From positions 29,579 through 93,578 of IMG/VR virus record IMGVR_UViG_3300031576_000016: DNA of 64,000 nt; one strand, 5' to 3'. The notes beneath the pieces are model-generated. The model was not told the origin of the DNA. It searched no databases and was given only the letters and a program-made list of their open reading frames with translations. The DNA is from a virus. Both the position numbers and the translations under genes were made by a program. Of the stretch, positions 49,215 through 58,355 are shown one piece after another; within the stretch, counting starts at the first letter, position 1, and each line of letters begins with the position of its first letter.

Positions 49215-50161
49215 GCCAACTCCTTTGCCGCTCTGACAATGGCCGTGCTGGATAGGCCACACTCCGGCGTGAAGCCCAAGCTTTGGGCCTTGTCCAGCGT
49301 AACCTGAACGTGCTTGTCGTCGCCCTTCCAGACGGCGTCGTCGCCGAGCCACTTGATTGGCTTCTCGATACCGATGGCGTGCATCACCAGGTCAGCGATG
49401 ATGGACACGCTGATGGAGCCGATGGCACTGACGTTGACGATACCGCGCAGGTGAGGCGGACCAAGCGTTGCCTCCACCATGAACCGGGCCGTGTCACCGA
49501 CGTAGGTGTACGGTTTGACCGAGCCGGGCTCGTCGCCAAGGAGTTCGAGGACTGGATTGTCGCTCTTGAGTTTCTCGATGATGGCCTTTACGACGCCGTG
49601 AGTGGCCCCGGGGCCGACGTTGGCAACCAGGCGGAAGATGAGCGGGGTGATGTGGCCAAGCTTCTCATAGGCCAGCACCAGAGCCTCTCCTGCCAATTTG
49701 GTCGCCCCGTATATCGACGACGGATTCGTTGGACCGTTCTCGGTCCCTGGCGTATGTAGGCATGAGCCGTAGACCGTTGCGCTCGAAGCGAAACAGAACC
49801 TGGTGCCAGGCTTGGCGTAGGCCAACAGGTGCTGCGTGCCCATGATGTTGGCACGGACTACTTCGCACGGCTTGTCGATACTGTCTTTCACGACTGCATT
49901 CGCGGCCAGATGGAAAATGAAATCCGGCTTGTAGAAGTACAGCGTCTCCGCGACTTGTCGTTGGTCTGTGATGTCTACCGCATCTTCGACCATAACGTAT
50001 CGCTTAGTGGCGGGGTCGCGAAAATACACATGCGTTTCGGGGTCGTTCTTTTTGCGTGCGATGCTGACGATGGATGTGATTTCGTTGTACTTCATCAACT
50101 CGCGTACAACGTGGCGTCCAATGAATCCGGTGCCGCCAGTGACTAAGGCTCGCATAGACAT
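49211..50161 (-). CDS. NAD-dependent sugar epimerase (UDP-glucose 4-epimerase-like)
   Basis: VTGGTGFIG, FASSATVYG, YGATK. Confidence 0.85.
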   Translation of the reverse strand: MSMRALVTGGTGFIGRHVVRELMKYNEITSIVSIARKKNDPETHVYFRDPATKRYVMVEDAVDITDQRQVAETLYFYKPDFIFHLAANAVVKDSIDKPCEVVRANIMGTQHLLAYAKPGTRFCFASSATVYGSCLHTPGTENGPTNPSSIYGATKLAGEALVLAYEKLGHITPLIFRLVANVGPGATHGVVKAIIEKLKSDNPVLELLGDEPGSVKPYTYVGDTARFMVEATLGPPHLRGIVNVSAIGSISVSIIADLVMHAIGIEKPIKWLGDDAVWKGDDKHVQVTLDKAQSLGFTPECGLSSTAIVRAAKELA

Positions 50162-50610
50162 AGACTCCTCAATAGTTCCACGGTGGTCACGTAATACATA
50201 GCGCCGGGTGCTTTGGCATTCCTCAGCCCGGGCCGCTGCGTGAGTAGTTTGGCGTGCAGGGCCTCAAAGGTTGCTCGTTTTTTGTCCGAGAGAAAAAAGG
50301 CTACCGCCAAGGCAGATGTAGGTCCGCGATGTTTACCCATCCGGCAGTGAGTGAGAATCGGCATCCGCTTCATCCAGCGTGCCGATTCTGCCAACTGAGC
50401 CAGCGTCATTAGATAGACGCTGTCAACGTAGTCGGCATCTTTTTTGGCCAGGCGAAGGTACATCGTGTCATACGGAATGTGCGTCAAGCGGCGACAGTAG
50501 TTGCGCGGTACGTTGTGGGCCACGTTGATGATGCAGCCTACTTGTCCGATTGTTTCAAAGGGCGCGTCCGCGTTCCCGTACCAGACTTCTTCGGTGAGCT
50601 TTTGGAACAA
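50143..50610 (-). CDS. Dual-specificity/PTP-like phosphatase
   Basis: HCRMGKHRGPT matches the HCxxGxxR motif; IINVA upstream. Confidence 0.75.
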   Translation of the reverse strand: MFQKLTEEVWYGNADAPFETIGQVGCIINVAHNVPRNYCRRLTHIPYDTMYLRLAKKDADYVDSVYLMTLAQLAESARWMKRMPILTHCRMGKHRGPTSALAVAFFLSDKKRATFEALHAKLLTQRPGLRNAKAPGAMYYVTTVELLRSLCLCEP

Positions 50611-51014
50611 TTGATAAACCTCGTGAAACCGATACGGATAGCTTCTTTGCCATCCTCAGTGCGTGTCCAGTGATGGTGGTTCTTGGCATCGTAAACGGAG
50701 CCCATCCAGCCATCTACTTCATATGGCTTCAAGGCTTCTACAATTTGCGCTTCATCCTTATTGCACCAGGGCATCGGTATGTCGATGGTTTTATGCTCGC
50801 ACTTTTTGCCAACGACCTTGGTTCGTAAAATGAAGTCGCACTTGACAAAGCCACGACCCATGAGTGCGTCAGCGAAGTCGGTGACGCTCATGTTGATTTC
50901 GATTGGCTGGCTGCCACTCAGGTCATCGCACACTTCGATGGTGACATAGTCATCCTGGTTGCTGCAATGAATCCTACCAATGTGGCAAGTACCCTTCAGT
51001 GTGATTCAGTTCAT
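50538..51014 (-). pseudogene. Hypothetical phage gene with an in-frame TGA at codon 3
   Basis: AGGAGG-ATG AAC TGA, after which the frame stays open into the 50538..50933 ORF. Confidence 0.5.
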
Positions 51015-51047
51015 ACTGTCCTCCTAAGTCAGGGCTCTTTCCCGCTC

Positions 51048-51716
51048 CTAAGAGCCCTGGCTTTTCTTATCCTTGTAGTGGTCGTAACTGACATTGGTGC
51101 CTTCGCAGTAGCTGAAGCCGGCCATAGGCCAGATGATGTTCGGCCAGCAGGCGTAGGTGTTGACGTGCGCCTGCAAGCGTTTGGCGACCATGTCATCAAT
51201 TGGCCCGTACATTGGCAAATCCAAGATGCGTTGAAAGATTGTGTGTCGCAGTGCGACAGCATGGAAACACAGGCTACCGCCTGTGAGCCGGAGCAAGTTG
51301 TCTGAGAACGGGATGGGGCGAGCAAAGGCGTGGTTGGCCCCAAGATAGAACAAGTCCCAATCAGCAGGAAGTTGTGCCTGGGCCAGTGGAAAGATGGGGT
51401 CGAACTCGGGACAGAACGTGGCGTCGTCTTCCAGCAGCAGTAGGCTCTCGCACTTGTCGTGCTGGGCCTGGGTGATAATCTTGCGGAAGCACAGGAAGGC
51501 GTTGTAGGAATTCGGCCGCTTGACCCATGCCGGATACCCGAAGCGCATGGCCGGGGGCTCGATGTCCAGGTGGTCGTAGTTCTCCGGCGGCAACGTCTTG
51601 CCATCGCCAGCCAAGAAGAACTCAACCTTCAGGTTGCGCTTGGCAGCCTCAGCCGCGAGCGGCTCGCGATGGGCCCAACGTTTGTCGATGTTCAGACAGA
51701 CGACTTTGTCAAACAT
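51048..51716 (-). CDS. GT25-like glycosyltransferase (paralog of 39746..40459)
   Basis: VVCLNIDKR, SYNAFLCF, LLLLEDDA, WDLFYLG. Confidence 0.75.
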   Translation of the reverse strand: MFDKVVCLNIDKRWAHREPLAAEAAKRNLKVEFFLAGDGKTLPPENYDHLDIEPPAMRFGYPAWVKRPNSYNAFLCFRKIITQAQHDKCESLLLLEDDATFCPEFDPIFPLAQAQLPADWDLFYLGANHAFARPIPFSDNLLRLTGGSLCFHAVALRHTIFQRILDLPMYGPIDDMVAKRLQAHVNTYACWPNIIWPMAGFSYCEGTNVSYDHYKDKKSQGS

Positions 51717-52299
51717 TGCTGATGACCTCCTTGACCGTCTCGACTGTGCTCATTTGACGCTTGGCGAACTTGCCCTGATGAATGCCTATGGCACCCTCAA
51801 CAAAACGAAGGTAGTAGTCATCATCATCGCTGCGCCGGCTTGTAAGTAGCGCGTCTTCCATCTGCATGAAGCGAGACTGAAGCGGCCATTTCTCACACAT
51901 GGCAACCAAGCCGCCAGAGAGGTTCGAGCCGAATGGCCCGAGCCAGTCAACCTGCTCGTCCGGCAACTCGTATACCGACGCGGCCCTGAGCCCAGGTTCC
52001 TTTGTCTCGACCAGCACCTTGTAGGTGTCGCCCCAGGCAATGACACTCGGATGCTGAGCAATGATGACATCGCCGGTGATGTGGTCGAGCACCTTGCCTT
52101 CGCCTTCGCCGAGCTTCAGTAGCTTCCAGGCAAAGCGCGAAGAATACATCTGCATTTCCGCAAGGATGTCGTCAGTCGAGCCCTCGTCGATAACGACGAC
52201 CTCGAACGGTTCAGTCGGCGGTCTGGTCGCCAAGGCCCATAGGGTCCGACGAAGCAGCTGGGCCTGGTTGAGAATTTGGAATGCGATGGTAGTTTTCAT
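51709..52299 (-). CDS. GT2-like protein, possibly degenerate
   Basis: FEVVVIDEGSTD present, but no clear DxD. Confidence 0.5.
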   Translation of the reverse strand: MKTTIAFQILNQAQLLRRTLWALATRPPTEPFEVVVIDEGSTDDILAEMQMYSSRFAWKLLKLGEGEGKVLDHITGDVIIAQHPSVIAWGDTYKVLVETKEPGLRAASVYELPDEQVDWLGPFGSNLSGGLVAMCEKWPLQSRFMQMEDALLTSRRSDDDDYYLRFVEGAIGIHQGKFAKRQMSTVETVKEVISNV

Positions 52300-53198
52300 A
52301 GCTTGCGCTGTTTGACCTTGAGGGCTTCATCAGTCAGCCCCAGACACTCGAAGACCTGGGCCACACGCTCATAGCAGGTGTGATGTGCCATCACGTCCGC
52401 TTTGCCCTTCTCAATGAACGGTAGGCGTTCATCAGGCTTGTTCAAATAGTGGTCAATCAGTTTTTGAAATTGCTGTTTGGTAGTGGCGATGGGAAGTTGG
52501 CCTTTGGAAAAGACCTTGCGAAGCCCATCAACGTCGTCGCTCACACAGAAGCCGCCCGATGCCAGGACCTGAAACGGACGTTCAAAGGAGCCGGCGTTTG
52601 GGGAGATGGTTGCCGAGGCGTAGAGGTTGGCCACGTCGCTGGCATTGATGAGTCCGAGATACTGGTGGACAGGCCAGCCGGTGCCGCCAAAGACCTTCAC
52701 CTTGTACTTGGAGTTGGGGTCGCAGAGCCGCAGGATGTGCTCGTTGCAGTCACCCACGAAGGCGATGTCGCAGGCCAAGGACGGGTCGGCGGTGCCGGCC
52801 CGGTAGTCGAAGGTGTCCGCGCTGGGCAGGATGGGGGCGTAGAACAGACCGAGAGTCTGCCATTGTTCAAGTGGAGCTTCGGTGTTGGCAAACACGAAGT
52901 CGGGCCGGCCGGTCTCTTCCTTCAGTCGCCGCACCAACATCCTCTCCTGCTGAGTGGCTTGTTTCCACGGCGATGCCGAGAGTGCCGTTTTGACATTCGG
53001 CCGAGTCGCCAGGCACTTGATGATGGCCGGACATATTCCGGAAGTGACGCCGATGAAAATGTCCGGTTCAAATTCGTTGAACGCATCGAACGGCGACTTC
53101 GTCTGAGGCTGCCAGAATACGAAGTTGTGACCGACTGCGGTCAGCACTCGTCCCCAGCCGAAGGGAATGTCCTGGTGATACATGCTCATGATTTTCAT
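52296..53198 (-). CDS. CgeB-like GT-B glycosyltransferase
   Basis: DIAFVG, YASATISPN, ERPFQVLASGGF, HTCYERV. Confidence 0.75.
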   Translation of the reverse strand: MKIMSMYHQDIPFGWGRVLTAVGHNFVFWQPQTKSPFDAFNEFEPDIFIGVTSGICPAIIKCLATRPNVKTALSASPWKQATQQERMLVRRLKEETGRPDFVFANTEAPLEQWQTLGLFYAPILPSADTFDYRAGTADPSLACDIAFVGDCNEHILRLCDPNSKYKVKVFGGTGWPVHQYLGLINASDVANLYASATISPNAGSFERPFQVLASGGFCVSDDVDGLRKVFSKGQLPIATTKQQFQKLIDHYLNKPDERLPFIEKGKADVMAHHTCYERVAQVFECLGLTDEALKVKQRKL

Positions 53199-53869
53199 TG
53201 GATGGCCCTCGCCTTAGCAATGTCGCGCGACGAATCCACTTCCACCAGGTCAATCTTGTTGTTGGTCACCGCCGCGAGTGTGCCGCCGCGCTCCAACATT
53301 TCATTCAAGACTTCGTAGGCGAAGTGTTTCCTTCGGTGCGCGTCGGACATCAGTTCCTTGAATAGGTCTTGCTCGGGCTGGAGCAACGTCGCCACATGCG
53401 ACCACTTGGTTGGCAAGCCGTAAGAGAACACGGTCGCCTGGTCCTGAACCACGGTCACGCCGACTTCGCTTTCGCGGCCCTTTTTTTGGTCGATGACGAT
53501 ACTCGACCTGGTGAGGTCGATGCTCTTCAGAAGCTCTTTGTTGAAGACCAGGTCGCCATAGAGAACGACATGAGGCAGCCAGGGCGGACACGACATGAGC
53601 CCCAGGAGGATAGAGTGGGCCACGTTGGTTTCGGAGTAGCTCTCGTTGGTGACGATGTGAATGTCAGGCGGCAAGACACGACGTATCTTGTCGCTGCCGA
53701 ATCCGAGCACGACGACAATCCACGGATTGTCAAACTGCTCGCGCAGCAAACGAATCTGCCGACAGATGAGCGGCTCATCATTGGCACAGCGAATGGTCGC
53801 CTTTGGTCCACACGACTTCATCCTGCGGCCGAGGCCGGCCGCAGGTATAACGATGGCTGGTGTTGTCAT
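53195..53869 (-). CDS. Sugar/phosphocholine nucleotidyltransferase (LicC-like)
   Basis: IPAAGLGRRMKSCGPK, NESYSETN, YGDLVF, EVDS..D. Confidence 0.8.
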   Translation of the reverse strand: MTTPAIVIPAAGLGRRMKSCGPKATIRCANDEPLICRQIRLLREQFDNPWIVVVLGFGSDKIRRVLPPDIHIVTNESYSETNVAHSILLGLMSCPPWLPHVVLYGDLVFNKELLKSIDLTRSSIVIDQKKGRESEVGVTVVQDQATVFSYGLPTKWSHVATLLQPEQDLFKELMSDAHRRKHFAYEVLNEMLERGGTLAAVTNNKIDLVEVDSSRDIAKARAIQ

Positions 53870-54186
53870 AGGATAGCAGCGATTGTCATGAGAACGATTT
53901 GATTGCTTCGGACGCCCTTGAGCAACTTGATGTAGCGTTGGCTGGAGCCGTCGCTGAAGAATGCCTTGGTAGTGTCCAGGGCCTCCTCGATGGCTCCCAG
54001 CGTACTGATGACGACGTTGGGGTCGATGCTGAGAATCTCAGCGACCAGCGGGGCGATGAACGGTGTCCGCGCCTGCTTGACGACGGTGTCGAGCCGGGTG
54101 ATGATGGACGGAGCGCAGATGCGTTCGCCCGATTCAATCAAGGCGATAGCCTTGTCCAGAATTCGTTCCAGGTCAGCTTTGGTCAT
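53866..54186 (-). CDS. Hypothetical protein
   Basis: ATG 54186 with GAGG RBS; coupled to the downstream gene. Confidence 0.5.
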   Translation of the reverse strand: MTKADLERILDKAIALIESGERICAPSIITRLDTVVKQARTPFIAPLVAEILSIDPNVVISTLGAIEEALDTTKAFFSDGSSQRYIKLLKGVRSNQIVLMTIAAIL

Positions 54187-54991
54187 GTCGTCCTCGTAGT
54201 GCCCGGGCCTTGGCCTTCGCCATGACCCGCGACCAGTTCTTTTGCCAGACTTCCGACGCGACGGTTGCCGTGGAGCTATGGGAGCCGACGCGGACCGTAA
54301 CAAGTGACTCGGGGATGTGAACGATGGCGAACTCTTCCGAGATGCGCATCCATAAGTCGTAGTCTTCGCACGTCCGCATTTCCTCGTCGAACCAGCCGCA
54401 CTTCTTGATGGCAGCTTTGGTCACCAGGCTGTCACAATTCGGCAAGCATTCTTGCATGAGCCGGATGCGGCTGAATGGTTCCTTGTACTGACGCAGGCGA
54501 ATACCTTCGCCATTGAGCGTGTCGTAGTCGGTGTAAACCGCTCCGATGAAATCCGGGACCTCCTGCCACTTGGCAACCGACTTCTCGATTTTGCCAGGCA
54601 AGTAGGTGTCGTCGGAATCAAGAAAGCAAAAGGCGTCCGTGCCTTCCCACGCCACGCGGATGCCCCAATTGCGCGCGAAGCTTGGACCACTGGCTTTGCT
54701 GAAGCGACATAGCATCACTTCTGTTTCCATGCGCGGCTGAGCTTTGCCGACACAGACGATAGGCTCGCCTTGTTGCTGTGGTCCACGAGGACGATAGAGT
54801 CGCTTGTAGACCTTGTTGGCCGAGTCGTCGGTGGAGCCATCGTCAACAACGATGATGCGCTTGTTCGGGTAGCTCTGCCACAAGACAGAGTCCAGCGCGT
54901 CGTTCACCCACTTCTCGTGGTTGTGACATGGAATGACCACGGTAACAAGCGGCATGTTACTGTGCGTTTCTTGCGTTACAGGTTCTGACAT
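54173..54991 (-). CDS. GT2 glycosyltransferase
   Basis: VVIPCHN, VVDDGSTD, ARNWG, FLDSDD, EDYDLW. Confidence 0.9.
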   Translation of the reverse strand: MSEPVTQETHSNMPLVTVVIPCHNHEKWVNDALDSVLWQSYPNKRIIVVDDGSTDDSANKVYKRLYRPRGPQQQGEPIVCVGKAQPRMETEVMLCRFSKASGPSFARNWGIRVAWEGTDAFCFLDSDDTYLPGKIEKSVAKWQEVPDFIGAVYTDYDTLNGEGIRLRQYKEPFSRIRLMQECLPNCDSLVTKAAIKKCGWFDEEMRTCEDYDLWMRISEEFAIVHIPESLVTVRVGSHSSTATVASEVWQKNWSRVMAKAKARALRGRHDQS

Positions 54992-55836
54992 ATGTCCGTG
55001 ACACTCCGAATCATGTACTGACGGTCTTCGAGCTTGGCGTAGTGCTGAAGCTTTTCGACCACGGTGTTGAGCAGCACGTTCTTGCCGTCCAGTTCGTAGA
55101 CGCTGGGGACGTTGCCGTTGATTTGCGGATGCTTGTGCATGTCAGTCTGAACGGTGAGGCCGTTGCCGGCAGGCGTTGGCAGGAGAAGGGAGAAGCGTTC
55201 CATCTTGTCGTTCAGGGCCACGTCCAGGTCCTTCACGAATGTCTGCGGCAGCTTCGTGCCTGGGCGAATCACCGTGTAGTAGGAGCCGACGACCGAAGGG
55301 ATAGCCAGGTCAATCGCGCGTTCCGGAGACACGAACTTCTGCTCCTTGGTCCGCTCGAAAATTTGGTTGATGCGCCAGGTCATTGTGTTGCCGAGTTGCT
55401 TGAAGAGCCTGGAGTGAAGCTCGGCCGGCTTGACGGCTGTCTGGTTGTTGATGAACACGACCTGGTGAGGTACGAGTGTTTGCGACAGCAACGCCTCAAT
55501 GGTTGGTTCGAGGATTTGCGGGTCGGTGCCGTCTTCCATGACAACCAGGACGCTCAGGCGAAGCTGAAGCATCTTGCGCATGGTTGTCGCCCAATCTTCG
55601 GGCTTGAAAGCCTTGGCGAAGTCGCCGGTCTCGGGCTGATAGGCGTTGCAGTACCGCCCATTGATGAGGAAGAACTGCCGCTCGTCATCCTCAGCCTCAA
55701 GCGTATTGCCGAGCGTGGTGAATGCCTCGACGCGGCCAAGCTTGCAACCCATCTGTGTCTTTTCTTCATACTTCGCGAAGATGCAGTCTTTGCATGAGGT
55801 ATGAATCTTTTGTAGTTCTTGCGGTTCGTCTGCCAC
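54976..55836 (-). CDS. Hypothetical protein (Cys-rich N-terminus, GT2-like remnant)
   Basis: CKDCIF..C; ALLSQTLVPHQVVFINN. Confidence 0.5.
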   Translation of the reverse strand: MADEPQELQKIHTSCKDCIFAKYEEKTQMGCKLGRVEAFTTLGNTLEAEDDERQFFLINGRYCNAYQPETGDFAKAFKPEDWATTMRKMLQLRLSVLVVMEDGTDPQILEPTIEALLSQTLVPHQVVFINNQTAVKPAELHSRLFKQLGNTMTWRINQIFERTKEQKFVSPERAIDLAIPSVVGSYYTVIRPGTKLPQTFVKDLDVALNDKMERFSLLLPTPAGNGLTVQTDMHKHPQINGNVPSVYELDGKNVLLNTVVEKLQHYAKLEDRQYMIRSVTDICQNL

Positions 55837-55838
55837 GC

Positions 55839-56318
55839 CTAGCTCCTTTGTGCCGTAACGACGGCAAAGTTGTTTTGGATGCGCTTCTGAATGACCCTGA
55901 ACCCGCGCGTGGTGAAGACGCCAACCAACAGCGGGAGAGTAAACGATGACCGGCGAAGTTGCCAGCCTTCAGTCTGCTCGCCGTGGAGCAAGACATTGTA
56001 GTCTTCGATGCGGATGAGGTTCTGTAGGAACTGACGGGCCGCTTCGCCAACGTCAGGACACGCGACCGTGAGAATCCCCTTGTGAGCCAACTTGCCAAGC
56101 CAGTTGCCTAGCACTTCATCAACCTGTTGCGGTGGGAAGTAGCCGAGGATGTCGTGGGCCACAATCTCTTCGGCCTCGCCGTTCTCCACGAGCTTGTCCA
56201 GATTGTTCACATCGCCGACGACTCGACCATGCGTGTCCGGAGTGGGAGCAAAGGGGTCGATGTTGAGGTAGCCGCTTCGCACAGCGCCAGGGTTATCAAA
56301 CAGTAGGTTGACTCGCAT
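55839..56318 (-). CDS. Methyltransferase-like protein
   Basis: GYLNID, GDV, EEIVAHDILGY, KGILTVACPD. Confidence 0.55.
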   Translation of the reverse strand: MRVNLLFDNPGAVRSGYLNIDPFAPTPDTHGRVVGDVNNLDKLVENGEAEEIVAHDILGYFPPQQVDEVLGNWLGKLAHKGILTVACPDVGEAARQFLQNLIRIEDYNVLLHGEQTEGWQLRRSSFTLPLLVGVFTTRGFRVIQKRIQNNFAVVTAQRS

Positions 56319-56538
56319 TGCGTTCACGCTCCATTTGGCCGCAGGTGCATCCTTTAGCCATGAGTGCCTGCGTACTACACACGCAGATAGGTTCGATTTC
56401 GCATCTGACTTCTACAGGGAAATTGACGTACCGATGATACGGACCTCTCCTTGGCAACTCAAAGAGTTCTTTTCTGCCAAGGTCTGCGGACACCTTGATA
56501 TTCTGTAACATGCTCGCGTATTCGTTGGTGTCGGTCAT
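56296..56538 (-). CDS. Small protein containing a copy of a tail-tube segment
   Basis: 30/38 aa identical to the tail tube segment encoded at 6636-6749. GAGGAG RBS and ATGA coupling with the upstream GT4. Confidence 0.75.
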   Translation of the reverse strand: MTDTNEYASMLQNIKVSADLGRKELFELPRRGPYHRYVNFPVEVRCEIEPICVCSTQALMAKGCTCGQMERERNASQPTV

Positions 56539-57554
56539 GCGTATTCTCCTCGGTACGGTATCCTGGCCGCATTGTGAAACAGCGTGTGCCAGTTGCTTGT
56601 AAACGATGGCATGGAAAATCTGGTCAGGATAGTGCGACGTGCCGCCGCTCCCAACTCGGCCACGAGCGAGCTATCGGCCAGCAACCGTTCCAGGTACTTG
56701 CGAAGGACGAGCGGGTCATTCGAGATTAGGCCGTTCTTGCCGTGCTCGATGACTTCGGGAATCATGCAGTTGGCCGTGGAGACACAGGCACAGCCGCAAC
56801 TCATTGCTTCAAGCAGCGCGGTGGGCACAGGCGAAATGAGGCTGGTGTTGAGGAAGATGCGAGCTTCGCGATAGGCCGCGACCAGGTCGGCTGTTGACTT
56901 GGCCGGCTTGGACAGCCCGGGGGTGTCGCCGACGACATGAACTGGTAGACCGCCGGCCGTCTTCCTCCAAAGCTCGAAGCCACAGCACCAGTCGCGGTTC
57001 ACCCAATCGTTGACCACGGAGAGGATGTGCCGCTTCTTCTCTACCTCAGCAGGAGAGAAGAGGTCGGTGTCGATGCCATGATGAATGATTTCTGCTTGCT
57101 GTTCGTCCCAGCCCCATTCTTTCCTGCTGAAGTCGCTGATGAAGACGTTGACGTGCCCCTTCATTTCGCGCAGCAGTTGACGCCGGCCCTTACCCCACGA
57201 TGGATACGGCAAGGTGTGTTCGAGACTCACGAGTGGAAGTTGAAAGCGATGGGAGAAGCGAATCGCTTTCTGGAACTGGCCGAATTTGTTCTGACTCAAC
57301 ACCAGGTCGAAGTCAAGCTCGGGCGGAATCTGGTGGTCGCCCAGGTCGGCATTGAGTAACACGTAGTTCGTGGGGAGCGGCGCGTAGGTGCGATTCCAGT
57401 CCTTGATGCCTGGTGCGCGAACGGCCCAGAACCGGTGACCCGTAAGGCAAAGGCCGGTTTCGTACCGCTCGTGGGTTGGGAACGTCAGGATATTGAGAGG
57501 CTTACCGTCTTCGCGGTGAGCGGCTCTCAGGATGCTTCCGACAACAGAGGGCAT
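56535..57554 (-). CDS. GT4 glycosyltransferase
   Basis: IHHGIDTDLF, ALLEAMSCG, EVIEHGKNG. Confidence 0.85.
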   Translation of the reverse strand: MPSVVGSILRAAHREDGKPLNILTFPTHERYETGLCLTGHRFWAVRAPGIKDWNRTYAPLPTNYVLLNADLGDHQIPPELDFDLVLSQNKFGQFQKAIRFSHRFQLPLVSLEHTLPYPSWGKGRRQLLREMKGHVNVFISDFSRKEWGWDEQQAEIIHHGIDTDLFSPAEVEKKRHILSVVNDWVNRDWCCGFELWRKTAGGLPVHVVGDTPGLSKPAKSTADLVAAYREARIFLNTSLISPVPTALLEAMSCGCACVSTANCMIPEVIEHGKNGLISNDPLVLRKYLERLLADSSLVAELGAAARRTILTRFSMPSFTSNWHTLFHNAARIPYRGEYA

Positions 57555-57822
57555 TGACCTTGCTCCATAGATAGCGGAACCAGCGAACGAAGAACCACGG
57601 CTGCTTGGGCTGACGAAGAGTCGGGGCGACTGGCAATTTTTCCAGCGTGGCCAGTTCCGCAAGCATTATCGCGTCTTCTGCCGTCATGGGAATCTCAACG
57701 ACGGTCATCTTCTTCGCTGGCCCACGACGTTCAGTTATGTACTCGTGAATGTCCTAATAAAGGATGTCTCGTTCATATGGGGAAATGTCGAACAGTTCAC
57801 AGTAGGTTCGGGCTGCTGCCAT
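57502..57822 (-). pseudogene. Small hypothetical gene with an in-frame TAG at codon 23 (or a shorter gene from 57708)
   Basis: ATG 57822 lies 2 nt after the upstream stop. The frame continues past TAG (57754-57756) into ORF 57502..57708. Confidence 0.35.
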
Positions 57823-57824
57823 TG

Positions 57825-58355
57825 TTACACCGCAATGTCTTGTGTTGCGCGACTGGCCAGGTAGTCCTTCAATCTCTTGATGATGGAATCCCAATCACGC
57901 TTGAGGAGTTCGAGTTGAGCCGCCATTCGATAGATGGGGCCTTCCAGGTAGGGCCGGCCAGTTTCGTGAGCGCGGCTCACACACACTGAGACGGGAGTGT
58001 CGAACCACACCGGAGTGGCGTTGATGTCGAGACGAAGGTAGCGAAGCAGGGTTTGTTCGGTAGTCGATGTCTCATCTATAATAACGTCGAACCCACGGTT
58101 TAGCAAAGCCCGAGTTGCGACATCCATCGCGGCGAATACCGAGCCCTCGGCTTCCACTTGGAACTCGCGGCCGTAGAGAGCACGCCGGAAGTCGTCACCG
58201 CAGACAATGACACGCGGGCGGTCCTGATGGCGGAACTCGAAGAACTGTCCCTCGTAGACTTTCGGTACGCGGTCGCCACGAACCCAATCGTCGCACCAAA
58301 CAGATTTGCCGCTGCGCGGGAGCCCGATGGTGAACAACAACCTTCCTCTGCTCAC
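57825..58355 (-). CDS. P-loop kinase (AAA_33/PNK-like)
   Basis: GLPRSGKS, DDFRRAL, VIIDET. Confidence 0.75.
   Translation of the reverse strand: MSRGRLLFTIGLPRSGKSVWCDDWVRGDRVPKVYEGQFFEFRHQDRPRVIVCGDDFRRALYGREFQVEAEGSVFAAMDVATRALLNRGFDVIIDETSTTEQTLLRYLRLDINATPVWFDTPVSVCVSRAHETGRPYLEGPIYRMAAQLELLKRDWDSIIKRLKDYLASRATQDIAV

Noticed and set aside
56392-56505. Tube-like segment as a diversity-generating retroelement template/variable repeat pair
   Set aside because: Differences are not adenine-specific, many are synonymous third-position changes, and no reverse transcriptase is in the window.
50538-57822. Genome-wide stop-codon reassignment suggested by the in-frame TGA and TAG
   Set aside because: The 6291-aa and 1845-aa genes have no internal stops, and both TGA and TAG end many tightly coupled genes.
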